From the IMG/VR virus record IMGVR_UViG_2639763161_000004, positions 8,780-72,779 of that record: DNA of 64,000 nt; one strand, written 5' to 3'. The DNA is from a virus (Duplodnaviria > Caudoviricetes). Both the position numbers and the translations under genes were made by a program. The notes below the pieces were generated by a model, which was not told the DNA's origin, searched no databases, and saw only the letters and a program-made list of their open reading frames with translations. Positions 34,628-44,210 of this stretch are shown piece by piece; the stretch's first letter is position 1; every line of letters starts with the position of its first letter.

Positions 34628-35854
34628 TTATTTGCCCTCAAAGAAGTTTTTAACGTTTTCGCGTGAAGAGTGGTTGATCGGCGCTGAATCCTGAGCCATT
34701 GACGGCGTGCGGGCATAGGCCTTAAACACCGAGCTCAGCGCAGCAGACGGGATAGACGCGTGTTCTTCGCAGCCCAGTTGTTTCAGGGCGGTGCGATACA
34801 CCTCATCAGCGCTGTCACAGGCCAGTTCGCCTACTACCGGGCGCACATCGCGCTCAGCCTGGCGCAGGGAAATGAAGCGCTGCTCTACGGCCTGAGTGGC
34901 AGACTTGATCGCAGAGTCCATGGCTAACTTGCTGTCGTTCGCCATTTTCTCTTTCTTGTCTTTTTCTGACTCTTCTTCATCGTCAGCGGTTTTTTTGTCT
35001 TTCTTGTCGTCATCCTCATCTTTGGCAAGGTCTTTATCTTCCTTGTCAGAGTCTTTGGCGACTTTGTCGTCTTTGTCTTCATCTTTGATGATGGCTTCGA
35101 CTTTCTTTTCCATCTCTTCAGGGTTGGCGTCATTCGCCAGATGGGGCTTAAAGAGCGCCATCAGTTTCTGGATTTTTGACATCAGTTTGAGTCCTGTCGG
35201 TTGTGAGTCGTATACAAATACATCCGGGCCTGCCCGGCCTGATGGCACGATTGCCACGTGGTTACAAACGATGTCACGCATGACGCCATCGTATGCCTCT
35301 CCCTCAAACTCGCCCGGGGTCATGTCTGGCCGGTAGCGGTAAGAGGATGAAATTTCGCGCTGCTGCTTGTTCTCAACGCCGATGATGGAATTCACATCCC
35401 AGATGACCATTGAGTTTTTCAGGTAGGTGCCGTCGAATTCCGCGCTCTCACCCGTTGAGCCGATGATGGCGTCTTTGGGCGGGTCGGTGATGGTGACGGC
35501 GATATGCGTATTCAGCAGCGGCTGATTGTTAAATGTGTCTGCGGCCTTGCGTAGCTCTTCAGGGTCGCGTAACAGGCGGTAAGCTTTTTCAGGCTCAAGG
35601 CCAAGCTCTTGCCAGCCCGGGATTTCTTTGCCGTAGTAGACGCACACGTTAGCCTTGCTGATAGGCGTCATTTCGACATGCATCTTGCCGTCGGCGTCGT
35701 ACTTGCGCACGCTGGCCCGGTCGAATGCGAGCGTGGAATCACGGGCATAGCCATTGGCATAAGCGGCGCGCTCAACCTCTTCGGCCTTCTCTTTGGTTTC
35801 GAAAGGCCCGCGTCCACCCCACCACCAGGAGCCGTCTTTTTGATGTACTGGCAT
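34628..35854 (-). CDS. Prohead protease / scaffold (DUF2213-like)
   Basis: REISSSY, NHVAIVPSGRAG; acidic/basic low-complexity scaffold region. Confidence 0.85.
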   Translation of the reverse strand: MPVHQKDGSWWWGGRGPFETKEKAEEVERAAYANGYARDSTLAFDRASVRKYDADGKMHVEMTPISKANVCVYYGKEIPGWQELGLEPEKAYRLLRDPEELRKAADTFNNQPLLNTHIAVTITDPPKDAIIGSTGESAEFDGTYLKNSMVIWDVNSIIGVENKQQREISSSYRYRPDMTPGEFEGEAYDGVMRDIVCNHVAIVPSGRAGPDVFVYDSQPTGLKLMSKIQKLMALFKPHLANDANPEEMEKKVEAIIKDEDKDDKVAKDSDKEDKDLAKDEDDDKKDKKTADDEEESEKDKKEKMANDSKLAMDSAIKSATQAVEQRFISLRQAERDVRPVVGELACDSADEVYRTALKQLGCEEHASIPSAALSSVFKAYARTPSMAQDSAPINHSSRENVKNFFEGK

Positions 35855-35866
35855 GCTAAGCACCTA

Positions 35867-36103
35867 TCATATGTGGTAAGCCTTCTGCGCTTTACAGTCG
35901 CAAAATAAACTGCCTGATTTCATTTCAACGCTAACGAGGCGGTGGTCTTCACCAAGCAAATCCAAAAGCTTTTTTGCGCCACTTATCTGAAACCCAGCAA
36001 AAGAAAATGTGAACCTCTCAAGTTTTTCTTTTGATATGAATGTCAGCAACATTTGATGGTTTTGTTCTTTAACCCTCATTGGCCGATACCTTTCTTCAGG
36101 CAA
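35867..36103 (-). CDS. Hypothetical protein (moron-like)
   Basis: AT-rich insert in head operon. Confidence 0.5.
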   Translation of the reverse strand: MPEERYRPMRVKEQNHQMLLTFISKEKLERFTFSFAGFQISGAKKLLDLLGEDHRLVSVEMKSGSLFCDCKAQKAYHI

Positions 36104-36104
36104 T

Positions 36105-36130
36105 AAAAAAGGGCCACCGAAGTGACCCTG
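36105..36130 (-). terminator. Intrinsic terminator
   Basis: Minus strand AGGGTCAC-ttcg-GTGGCCCT-TTTTT. Confidence 0.7.
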
Positions 36131-36146
36131 ATGTTTAACGCTTTAT

Positions 36147-36347
36147 TTAATTTCTTTGCTTCATTTGAATGGCTAATACAACTAGCAGTATCGCCTGCTC
36201 AGCCTTATCATGCGTTTCCAGTTTTATATTAACTTGAAGTGAATCAAGAATGGATTGAACATCAGCCAGATTAAATAGCTTATTTTTGACATATCCATCG
36301 ATTGCCTTCTGCGCTGCTATGTAAAAATCTTCATTAAGCATTTTCAT
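36147..36347 (-). CDS. Hypothetical protein (moron)
   Basis: AGGAG RBS, AT-rich, followed by terminator. Confidence 0.65.
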   Translation of the reverse strand: MKMLNEDFYIAAQKAIDGYVKNKLFNLADVQSILDSLQVNIKLETHDKAEQAILLVVLAIQMKQRN

Positions 36348-36365
36348 ACTCCTGATTATAGCAAC

Positions 36366-37172
36366 TTAGAATGGCAAAACCGGCTTCCACGTGCAACCGC
36401 AGTTTGGCTCTTCTCCAGGCAACACGTACTGGCCTTTGTCGCCAACCGGTAACCCCTTGTCGAGGTCGAATTCCTTGCCGTTCGCCAGCACATGCTTGTG
36501 ACGGGGCTGATTGCCACCGCCGCTGTGTAGCCAGATGCCTTTTTTGATGCCAGCAGCCTGCTGCCTCGCGTTGGAAAGTGCGCTGGTAGCCTTGCGAACC
36601 TGATCGCGTGCAATAAACTCTGCCCGCCGGCGGGTGATGCCATTGCGCTTGCCAAACTCACGCTGAATCTCATCGGCCAGTTGCTTACGGTCACCACCTT
36701 TTGCTATGGAGCGAAACACCATCGACTCTACCTCGGTGAAATACTTCTCCGGGATAGAGCGAATCAGCGCCACGTTCTCAGCAATAATAGCGTCACGCTT
36801 TTGCAGCATGGCTTCCGTCCATTGCAGGTTGATAACCAGCGAGTCTTTACGTGCCGATGCGAGGATGCCGCGATCAACTGCTTCCTGTGTGCGGTCGGTG
36901 ATATCAGATGCTGTGGGAATGGCCTTTTCGATGAACCGGTCAATCCACTTCTTCGCCAGCGCTTTGATAGCACGGCCGACAAGCTCCACAGGGTTGGCAT
37001 CCATCGCAAGGGAGTCCTGAGCCATTGGATTGCCGAGCATGATGGTGACGACCTGCTCGCGCACATCGTCATTCATCTCACGTATCGTTCTGAGCAGCTC
37101 TCTCTGGTACCACCGGATGTTTCCCGCGTTGTAGTTCACTGGTTTCAGACTCTTCGTCTTCTTCCGGTTCAT
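36366..37172 (-). CDS. Head morphogenesis protein (SPP1 gp7 / Mu F-like)
   Basis: RAEFIARDQ, PRHKH, PGEEPNCGC. Confidence 0.88.
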   Translation of the reverse strand: MNRKKTKSLKPVNYNAGNIRWYQRELLRTIREMNDDVREQVVTIMLGNPMAQDSLAMDANPVELVGRAIKALAKKWIDRFIEKAIPTASDITDRTQEAVDRGILASARKDSLVINLQWTEAMLQKRDAIIAENVALIRSIPEKYFTEVESMVFRSIAKGGDRKQLADEIQREFGKRNGITRRRAEFIARDQVRKATSALSNARQQAAGIKKGIWLHSGGGNQPRHKHVLANGKEFDLDKGLPVGDKGQYVLPGEEPNCGCTWKPVLPF

Positions 37173-38553
37173 AATCACCATCCAGATTTTCGAAACCAGC
37201 GCCTTCAATGGACTTCAGCGCGTCACGGGCCTCTAGTGAATCGACCAGTTGAGAATCAGCAGCGGTTGTCACTGTTTCGACACGCATTTTCGCAATCTCA
37301 GCCTTCTCTTTCTCGCTCAGCTCATCCAGTGGGCGGAACTCGAAAAAGATGTCATCTTTGATTTCACCAAACTCCGAGAGCTGGATAATCTTGAAGATAT
37401 TCTCCAGAGCGCGGCGTATATCACGCTCCTGCATTCCTGAGATGGTTTCATGCCACGTTTCAAGCTCGGAGTCACCAGAAGCGTTCAGGCCCGCCGGAGC
37501 GTTGCCCAGAAGCTTCAGGTTGGTGATGCGCGCCGGGATACACATCTGGTCCTGATAGTTCGATAACAGGTTGGACAGTTCGCTGAGAGACGTCTGCATG
37601 TGAAGCAGGTCTTCTTCTTTATCGATGGCCCAAATACCGAAATTGTCCTGGTACTTGGTGAACATCTGGATGCGCTTGTCGAACTGCCCGGGCTCCTGCA
37701 GCCGCGCATCCATGTCAGTCTTCAGCGCGCGCATGCGCAGAGAGCGGAGAATCTTGATCACATTCTTCTTGGCATCGCGCCAGTCAGTAACGTAATCCTC
37801 CATCAACTGCGTCAGCGACAGGCCGCCGAACACGTAGGAAGGCTTGAGGATGTCGGGAACCGGACGGCTGATGATGTCGATAAAGCGAGACTCATGCAGT
37901 GTCTGACCCATCACATACCATGCCTGCGGCTTGTAATAATCAGCAGCAAGCGGCCAGCGCGTGTTGTACATCGCCGGATAAATCCAGGTCGGATCAACGC
38001 AACGCAGCCCTTTAAGCGAGCCCTTAGGTATTTTGCGCGGGTCAAGGAATAACGGCTTCTGCAGCTCTTTATCATCCGCGCCGGTATCGATGTAGATATG
38101 CGCCACGCCGAACATGGAGTCCTGCTTGACCGCTTCGTGAATCAGGCGCTTGACGTCGTACTTAACCAGCGCCTGCTCCATCAGGTCGATATCAGGGTCG
38201 CCATCCTTGCGGCTTTTCACCTCAATCCAGTTGCGCGTCATCTCGTCGGCCATGACGGTATGCATGTTGGCATACTCGACCTGCTGAGACATGGCGGCCA
38301 GAATGGGGTAGCCACGGAATCCGGAATACTCGGTGCCGATTGACATGCTGTTCAGCACATCATAGGGCGTAGCGTCCATCGCCAGTACGGCTTCTCGCTG
38401 CGTGTCAGGAACAACTCCAGGAAGCGGCTCAGCGCGTTTAAACTCGGCATACTGCTGCGCGTCGTTCGCTACTGATGCGCTGTCTAAATGGGCCTGCGTG
38501 ATTTTAACCAGTTCCCGCCGAGGGGCCTGCGCAGTCTTCGTGCGTCTTGTCAT
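37078..38553 (-). CDS. Portal protein (DUF1073-like)
   Basis: Follows terminase; IPITNLKLLG-like and GLNASG motifs, FRPL. Confidence 0.88.
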   Translation of the reverse strand: MTRRTKTAQAPRRELVKITQAHLDSASVANDAQQYAEFKRAEPLPGVVPDTQREAVLAMDATPYDVLNSMSIGTEYSGFRGYPILAAMSQQVEYANMHTVMADEMTRNWIEVKSRKDGDPDIDLMEQALVKYDVKRLIHEAVKQDSMFGVAHIYIDTGADDKELQKPLFLDPRKIPKGSLKGLRCVDPTWIYPAMYNTRWPLAADYYKPQAWYVMGQTLHESRFIDIISRPVPDILKPSYVFGGLSLTQLMEDYVTDWRDAKKNVIKILRSLRMRALKTDMDARLQEPGQFDKRIQMFTKYQDNFGIWAIDKEEDLLHMQTSLSELSNLLSNYQDQMCIPARITNLKLLGNAPAGLNASGDSELETWHETISGMQERDIRRALENIFKIIQLSEFGEIKDDIFFEFRPLDELSEKEKAEIAKMRVETVTTAADSQLVDSLEARDALKSIEGAGFENLDGDYEPEEDEESETSELQRGKHPVVPERAAQNDT

Positions 38554-40076
38554 TGCAGTATCTCGTCAGGAATGTGGAACAGAATGCCCGCTTTCGCTTT
38601 CATCTCAGTAATGGCGTCCATCATTGGATCGAGCTGGTCATCATGGGTATTAAACTCAGGGTTAATCGCCTCCATCTCGACGAGGAAGTCGTTAATGAAC
38701 GGCTTGTCAGCTGGAAGTTTGATGTAACCTGATTCGATGTAACCCTGCGTATCCATGAGGCGGGTGTATTTGTCTTTGTCGCGCTGAATGGCTTTAACAG
38801 GACATACGGCATCTTTGCGGATGCTCTGTATCAGGCCAGTGCCGGATGCTTTGTCCTCGATTGCCATGTGGCGGAGCGGTCCGTTTTTCACCTGCTTGCA
38901 GGCGTTCCAGAAAGCCACCGCGCGGCGTTTTAACTCGTCGGATTCCCACTTGCCGCGAATCATGTCTATCAGGTACATGTAGCCGTCAATGCCAAGCCCC
39001 CAGTGCTCGAATACCGAGAAGTCATTAACCTCTTTGGTTTTCTGCGCGGTGTCGCCATATACGGCGCGCCACTTCATCGGGGGTAGCTCTCTGTACTCAC
39101 CAAACCACTCTGATTTGATGAGTCCGCCACCTTTGGCTGTTGGCCGCTGCTGATACAGGGCATTCCATACAAGCGAACCGCGCTGCTTGGCCTTATCGAC
39201 GAAGTCCTGAGGCATGCGCTCGGGGAAGAGTATTTCGCCCGGCTTGCGCAGTAGGTACGTTTTGCCATTCAGCTCATGCACCTCTTCTTTCTCAGCCTCC
39301 ATTGGGAAGCTGACAACGCGCCACTGCTCACCACCTTCCTCTGCTTTTTTCAGCAACTGTCCGGCAAGGTCATTCTGATGCCAGCGGGTGAGGATGATGA
39401 TGATCCCGTTTATCTTCGGGTCAGCACGCGTAAAGAATGTGGTGTCGTACCAGTCAATCACCGCTTCCTGGTAGGTTGGCGATGCTGCTGTTTTGTAATC
39501 TTTGGCCGGGTCATCAATGATGCCAATATTCATACCCTGGCCGGTAATGCCCCCGTTAACACCTGCTGCACGATATGAGCCACCATGAAGCTCTCCATTA
39601 CCATTAACCACCTCCCATAATTCTGCCGTGCGAATAGCACCACCGGCCCCAGATCGGCCTGATGGAAGGGCTGTGTCTGGGAATACGTCCGAATATTTCT
39701 TGGAGCCAACGATGCGCTGTGTGTCGCGTGACATGCGATTGGCGAGGTCAGAGGAATACGAACAGGCAATAACGTTCCAGTCGGGATGCTTTCCCAGCAC
39801 ATAGGCAGGGAAGCGGCGCGATGCCTTTTCGCTTTTACCAGAGCGCGGAGGTGCAAATATCATCAGGCGCGGCATATTTCCCGCCTCAACCTCAGCCAGA
39901 AAGTGGTCAAGCTCGGCAGAAAGCAGCTCGTTAAACCAGCCAGTTTCATACAGTGGGTTGGTGTAGAGCGTGAAGCCCATGAGGGACTGTCGTGCCTCAG
40001 CTATGGCCCGGCGCTTAAATGCTTCAAGAGTCTGCCTGTTTCTCAGCGAGCTGTGATCTGTGCCGACCATGACCAA
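38550..40076 (-). CDS. terL: Terminase large subunit
   Basis: PPRSGKS Walker A, IIDDP Walker B, TRWH, HDDQLD nuclease motif. Confidence 0.95.
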   Translation of the reverse strand: MVMVGTDHSSLRNRQTLEAFKRRAIAEARQSLMGFTLYTNPLYETGWFNELLSAELDHFLAEVEAGNMPRLMIFAPPRSGKSEKASRRFPAYVLGKHPDWNVIACSYSSDLANRMSRDTQRIVGSKKYSDVFPDTALPSGRSGAGGAIRTAELWEVVNGNGELHGGSYRAAGVNGGITGQGMNIGIIDDPAKDYKTAASPTYQEAVIDWYDTTFFTRADPKINGIIIILTRWHQNDLAGQLLKKAEEGGEQWRVVSFPMEAEKEEVHELNGKTYLLRKPGEILFPERMPQDFVDKAKQRGSLVWNALYQQRPTAKGGGLIKSEWFGEYRELPPMKWRAVYGDTAQKTKEVNDFSVFEHWGLGIDGYMYLIDMIRGKWESDELKRRAVAFWNACKQVKNGPLRHMAIEDKASGTGLIQSIRKDAVCPVKAIQRDKDKYTRLMDTQGYIESGYIKLPADKPFINDFLVEMEAINPEFNTHDDQLDPMMDAITEMKAKAGILFHIPDEILQ

Positions 40077-40533
40077 GCTCCTTAAGGCGTTCGTCTAACT
40101 CTTCTTCGGTGATGTCTGAATAACGTATCGGACCACCATCGGCACCTGTGCTTTCTACCTTGAGCCTATTGGTATATGCATCGCCGACCTCCTTAGCAGC
40201 CTGCTCCATCAGTGATGCAGCCAGCGCCATGTTTCGCATTCCCTCAGCTTTAACCGTCATGCGGTCGAGTACGCGAAGCCGGTATGCTTTATTTGCAATG
40301 GGGATTTCAGATATTTCGCTTTGAAATCGCGCGCGGGTGGAGTTAAAAAGGTCTCGCCACTTTTGAGCCAGCGCAACACCAGCAGCTTTTGTCGGATCAT
40401 GTGACGCCACTTGCTGGCGAGTAATCTGTAACGCAAATTCATTTTGTACGGCCTCAACTATCTGTGAGGGCGTATCAAAGCATGCAAGCTGCTGGACAAT
40501 GAAGGCTTTCACTTCAGGTTTAAGTGATGCCAT
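40024..40533 (-). CDS. terS: Terminase small subunit (DUF2280-like)
   Basis: LACFDTPSQ, IPIANKAYRL, EQAAKEVG, TGADGGPI. Confidence 0.82.
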   Translation of the reverse strand: MASLKPEVKAFIVQQLACFDTPSQIVEAVQNEFALQITRQQVASHDPTKAAGVALAQKWRDLFNSTRARFQSEISEIPIANKAYRLRVLDRMTVKAEGMRNMALAASLMEQAAKEVGDAYTNRLKVESTGADGGPIRYSDITEEELDERLKELGHGRHRSQLAEKQADS

Positions 40534-40564
40534 GTTTCACCATCCGTATAATTCAGTATGATTA

Positions 40565-41221
40565 CTAAGCCAATTTCATGAGGCATGTTCCGCATGCTCT
40601 GGCTATGTTTATTTTCGCAACCTCTGCCGGGCTGTTGGCTGCATGAACCAATTCCTGCACATCCGCGCTTGCTCCATACCTGCGGACAACTCCGACGAAC
40701 TCTTCGACGTCATGCCCTCTGATGCAGAGCTTAGGCATTCCACTGTCGCGATAGAACTTCGGAGCGCCAAACTCATCCCTTTCCTGTGCGATGTGGTAAA
40801 GCTCATGCTCAACCAGCGCACAAAACTCCAGGTCACTGCACTGAGAGCAAAAGTCAGCAGCAAGAGTTATTACGTAATCCGGCTTGTGCCCGAACCATTC
40901 ATTCATCTGCTGTTCCATGCGCGCCTTTTGCCAGCCACCTGCACGAAACATCATCTCTTCAGCCTGGCCTACTACAGTGCGCCCCTTCTTTGTAAAACCA
41001 TGCTGAGCCCACAAAAAAGCAATATCTGCACCCTCAAGATGCGCATGGTCAGGATTATGGAGCGACCCTGTATCAGCAATGATGTTGCGATGCACCCAGT
41101 CACGAACTCCCTCAGCAGGAATTAAGCAGTTGTATGGATGGAATGCCGAGATAAAGCTTTCAGCCGCAATCGGTCTTGACTCACGGGCAAACAGCTCTTG
41201 TTTGTCGGTGAGCTTTGCCAT
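40565..41221 (-). CDS. Putative phage metallopeptidase
   Basis: LVEHELYH (HExxH), GHDVEEF. Confidence 0.8.
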   Translation of the reverse strand: MAKLTDKQELFARESRPIAAESFISAFHPYNCLIPAEGVRDWVHRNIIADTGSLHNPDHAHLEGADIAFLWAQHGFTKKGRTVVGQAEEMMFRAGGWQKARMEQQMNEWFGHKPDYVITLAADFCSQCSDLEFCALVEHELYHIAQERDEFGAPKFYRDSGMPKLCIRGHDVEEFVGVVRRYGASADVQELVHAANSPAEVAKINIARACGTCLMKLA

Positions 41222-41239
41222 TTTACTTTCTCTGTTTCA

Positions 41240-41479
41240 TTAGGATGAGAGGGTGATCCCAGTGATTTTCACGTCACCAGTAAGCCGGTGGTAAACAAGA
41301 TGACCTTCTCGTATCAGAGGGTTGCCGAAATGGTCGAAGCGAGGGAAATAGGCTTCACCTCTTTCTTCATCTGCGCAAACGCAATAACTAACTTGCTTGC
41401 CGTTTAGCATGACTGACGCTGGCAGAAATGGGCCTGGCACAATATATCCGCCCAACTCTGAGTCTATGCTTAATCTCAT
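41240..41479 (-). CDS. Hypothetical phage protein
   Basis: Coupled ORF; CVCADEERG motif. Confidence 0.65.
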   Translation of the reverse strand: MRLSIDSELGGYIVPGPFLPASVMLNGKQVSYCVCADEERGEAYFPRFDHFGNPLIREGHLVYHRLTGDVKITGITLSS

Positions 41480-41700
41480 CAGCTCACCCTCTCAGTGATA
41501 ACTGTTTTCTTGATGCCGTACCGGTTGATGAAGCAGCACAGCACATGAGGATCAACCGGCAGACGGGTAATGGATAGCCACATGCCTGTTGCAATGATCA
41601 GCGGGCGGACCCACCAACGGAATTTTATTTTGCAGTACAACCGACATGTAGCCATGTTATTTACCGAAGTTGCTTGCTTGGTACTGGAAAGTAAACTCAA
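41479..41700 (-). CDS. Hypothetical protein
   Basis: Coupled ORF; start uncertain. Confidence 0.5.
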   Translation of the reverse strand: MSLLSSTKQATSVNNMATCRLYCKIKFRWWVRPLIIATGMWLSITRLPVDPHVLCCFINRYGIKKTVITERVS

Positions 41701-41881
41701 CTGACTCGGCTAGGCGCGGATTAATAATTACCGAAACAGATTCGCTTCCATCTGCTTTTTCAGACAGAAAAACCTGAAAGCTATCATCGGTCTTATTTGG
41801 TGGTGACTTTGTCCATCCGCTGACTTCCCTACCGCCAGGGAAGGTGGCTTTGACATTTACCTGCTTAAGAATATAAGCCAT
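41657..41881 (-). CDS. Hypothetical protein
   Basis: Coupled ORF in late operon. Confidence 0.6.
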   Translation of the reverse strand: MAYILKQVNVKATFPGGREVSGWTKSPPNKTDDSFQVFLSEKADGSESVSVIINPRLAESVEFTFQYQASNFGK

Positions 41882-41883
41882 GG

Positions 41884-42102
41884 TTACATCATCCCAGCAG
41901 CACGCGCTTTAGCCAGCAACGCATTGAAGTCAGCCAGCAGGCCGGCAACATCAGTTGCAGTTGAGTCTGCCTGTGACGCCATTTTCTTCACGATGCCGGC
42001 AGTAGTGGTTGTGGCAGCCGGTAGATTAGCAGCGCTGCCGATGTCTGCCAGAGTCGCGACAGTAGCAGTCGAACCGTTTTGAGCGATTACGCGTTGAGTC
42101 AT
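41884..42102 (-). CDS. Head-fibre-like small protein
   Basis: LPAATTTTAGIVK...DFNALLAKARAAG motif. Confidence 0.7.
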   Translation of the reverse strand: MTQRVIAQNGSTATVATLADIGSAANLPAATTTTAGIVKKMASQADSTATDVAGLLADFNALLAKARAAGMM

Positions 42103-42218
42103 TTTAGAGTTTCCTGCTGGATTGATTTATATCTGTGCCGTGATATCCGATACCAATGGCATCCAATACAGTATGTTTATTCTGTCAAAGTCTCTCGGCG
42201 AAACCCTTTTGCAGAATT

Positions 42219-42473
42219 TTATAAATACTTCACTGCCAGCGCTTTCAGCTCATCTTTCGCCGCTGCGCCCAGCTGACTTACGCCACTCTCGACAAACTTA
42301 AGAGCAGCTTCGAAGTCTTTAACGCCGGTCTTTACTTCCTGCACTGGCTGAGCCACTGGCGCTGGCTTCTCTACACTTACCGCTACTGCTGTGTCGTTTA
42401 ATGGCTCTGACATGGTTTTAGTCTCTTGCTTTGGATGGATAAACAGGCTTATCAGCCAGTGGATGAACTTCAT
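42219..42473 (-). CDS. Hypothetical phage protein
   Basis: ATGA coupling to o-spanin. Confidence 0.65.
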   Translation of the reverse strand: MKFIHWLISLFIHPKQETKTMSEPLNDTAVAVSVEKPAPVAQPVQEVKTGVKDFEAALKFVESGVSQLGAAAKDELKALAVKYL

Positions 42474-42724
42474 TTCTGCCGCTCCAGTTCTATTTGCCTG
42501 ATGGCAGCTTTGTCGCGATTGCAGTTCTCTATCGATTTCAGCAGTTGCTCATTCAGTGTGAGGCTGTCACCCCAGGTAAACGGATCGGGGATTGCAGGGA
42601 TGTAGCAGTCAGCGGTCAGGTTTACCGGAATTGGTACCGGCGGCACCGTTACGTAATTTGTCTGCGTGCGCGCGCAACTCGCCAGTAGCAACGGCAGGAA
42701 CAGGTAACTTAGCGCAGGTATCAT
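42470..42724 (-). CDS. Rz1: Outer-membrane spanin lipoprotein
   Basis: Lipobox LLASC, Pro-rich, CNRDKAAIR; overlaps Rz. Confidence 0.85.
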   Translation of the reverse strand: MIPALSYLFLPLLLASCARTQTNYVTVPPVPIPVNLTADCYIPAIPDPFTWGDSLTLNEQLLKSIENCNRDKAAIRQIELERQK

Positions 42725-43007
42725 CTTTAACCGACTGGCGGATAATGACCACGCGCTGATCGCTTTCGGCATCGCTTTGCTTATTCGCTTCATAGGTGGC
42801 CTGCGCAATGTCGTTAAAAAGGGATGTGGCTTTAATCACGTTGTTCGTGACGGCCTGAGCAGAATCGCGCTCCAGGGTGAGCTGTTTGTTTTGCTCTGCA
42901 ATGAGCGCTTTTGATGACGACTGAATTTTTACTGTAACGGCCAGGATGATTATCAGCAAGAGCATCACGGCGATGCATACCGCATACCATTTCACCCGGC
43001 TAATCAT
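42609..43007 (-). CDS. Rz: Inner-membrane spanin
   Basis: N-terminal TM followed by coiled coil. Confidence 0.85.
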   Translation of the reverse strand: MISRVKWYAVCIAVMLLLIIILAVTVKIQSSSKALIAEQNKQLTLERDSAQAVTNNVIKATSLFNDIAQATYEANKQSDAESDQRVVIIRQSVKDDTCAKLPVPAVATGELRAHADKLRNGAAGTNSGKPDR

Positions 43008-43543
43008 TGGTCTAAGCCCCAGCATGCTAGCGCTGATTCCTGGTCACGGCGCGCCACCTGTCCGAGGCAGTTATTGGACCGGATGCGACAGTCTTTGCCA
43101 CCATCATAAATCCATCTGCGCATTTCAGCGCATGCGCCTTTGCGATCACCGCTGTTGAGCTTCTTATAGAAGGTCGAGGAGAGGCATTTGGACGGACCGA
43201 TATTCCACGGGCAGAAAGAAGCGATACCAACTTTCTGCACTTCGGTAAGTGGCACTTTGACATTGCGATCGACCCAGTCGAGTGCTTTGCGCTGCTCTAT
43301 GGCATCAATCCGATCGCACTGTTGCTGCGAAAGCTTCATGCCCTTAACGACAGGCTTACCGTCTACATAAGTCACGCCGCCGCAGATAGTCCAGACTCCG
43401 CCAGCGTCCTGATAGGCCACTAAGCGACTGCCTTCTTTCTCACTCTGGAACTGTTTCATCAGGGTTGGTGCTGAGGCCCCCGCAGCAATCAGGGCCAGCA
43501 TGGCGGCACTGAGCCGGTTACGTAATTGCGGGGACATTGCCAT
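43004..43543 (-). CDS. SAR endolysin (T4-type lysozyme)
   Basis: Ala-rich N-terminal SAR segment; E-x8-D-x5-T triad (EGSRLVAYQDAGGVWT). Confidence 0.93.
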   Translation of the reverse strand: MAMSPQLRNRLSAAMLALIAAGASAPTLMKQFQSEKEGSRLVAYQDAGGVWTICGGVTYVDGKPVVKGMKLSQQQCDRIDAIEQRKALDWVDRNVKVPLTEVQKVGIASFCPWNIGPSKCLSSTFYKKLNSGDRKGACAEMRRWIYDGGKDCRIRSNNCLGQVARRDQESALACWGLDQ

Positions 43544-43553
43544 AGGTTATCTC

Positions 43554-43871
43554 TCAGACTGATTCAGGTGACTCCGGGTCCGGCGTTCTCATTTCGCTGT
43601 CGAGGCTTTTCACAATTCGACTTGCCTCTGCAATGTTGTTCACATCGCCACGGTGATATGCCGCCATGAGTATTTCGGTGCGCTTGCGATCTTCATCTAT
43701 CGCAGCCTGATTTTTGCGGTTGTTCGATCGGTAGGTTAGCCAGGTGAAGGTCGCCGTGATGGCAAAACCCAGGGCAAAAAGTACGTCCTGAAGTGTTAGC
43801 ATGGCGAAAAATCCTGTCATTCCAGACCATAGATAAGGCCAGAAACCGTTTTGTGTATTCATGCGGAACAT
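43554..43871 (-). CDS. Holin
   Basis: Hydrophobic N-terminal half, charged C-terminus, M-F-R-M dual-start motif, upstream of endolysin. Confidence 0.8.
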   Translation of the reverse strand: MFRMNTQNGFWPYLWSGMTGFFAMLTLQDVLFALGFAITATFTWLTYRSNNRKNQAAIDEDRKRTEILMAAYHRGDVNNIAEASRIVKSLDSEMRTPDPESPESV

Positions 43872-44057
43872 GCTCTACCCCATAGATTTGGGGATTTGTT
43901 CAAAATAAGAATTAAGGACATTGAGTACTGAACAAATCCGATATATCGTCTTGGTGTCTGATCAGACGAGATGGGCCTCGGTCTTTGTTCGTGACTAAAT
44001 CCCATGAGCAAGATGGCCGCCGGTAGCTCCAACTACTTGCGGTCGCCCATTTTCACG

Positions 44058-44088
44058 AAGCCTCGCTAATGCGGGGTTTTGTCTTTTT
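44058..44088 (+). terminator. Intrinsic terminator, antisense to the late operon
   Basis: GCCTCGC-taat-GCGGGGT followed by T-rich run. Confidence 0.6.
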
Positions 44089-44181
44089 AAAATCGCTCTA
44101 ACCCGTGGTCACAGCTGTAAATGAGAGGGTGTTTGTCTGTCTGACTCTTGGCGAGAGAGCGATTTCAGAAATTCCGTGCAT

Positions 44182-44206
44182 AAAAAAAGGCCGCACATGG
44201 CGACCT
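44182..44206 (-). terminator. Terminator after moron gene
   Basis: Minus strand AGGTCGC-catgt-GCGGCCT-TTTTTT. Confidence 0.7.
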
Positions 44207-44210
44207 GATT

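Noticed and set aside
34896..35336. Ser-rich + strand ORF and similar antisense ORFs across the late operon
   Set aside because: Shadows of low-complexity or codon-biased minus-strand genes; no RBS or motifs
37078..38553. Anti-CBASS Acb1 call often attached to DUF1073 proteins
   Set aside because: Position after terL and length fit a portal alone; I see no appended HxT phosphoesterase domain
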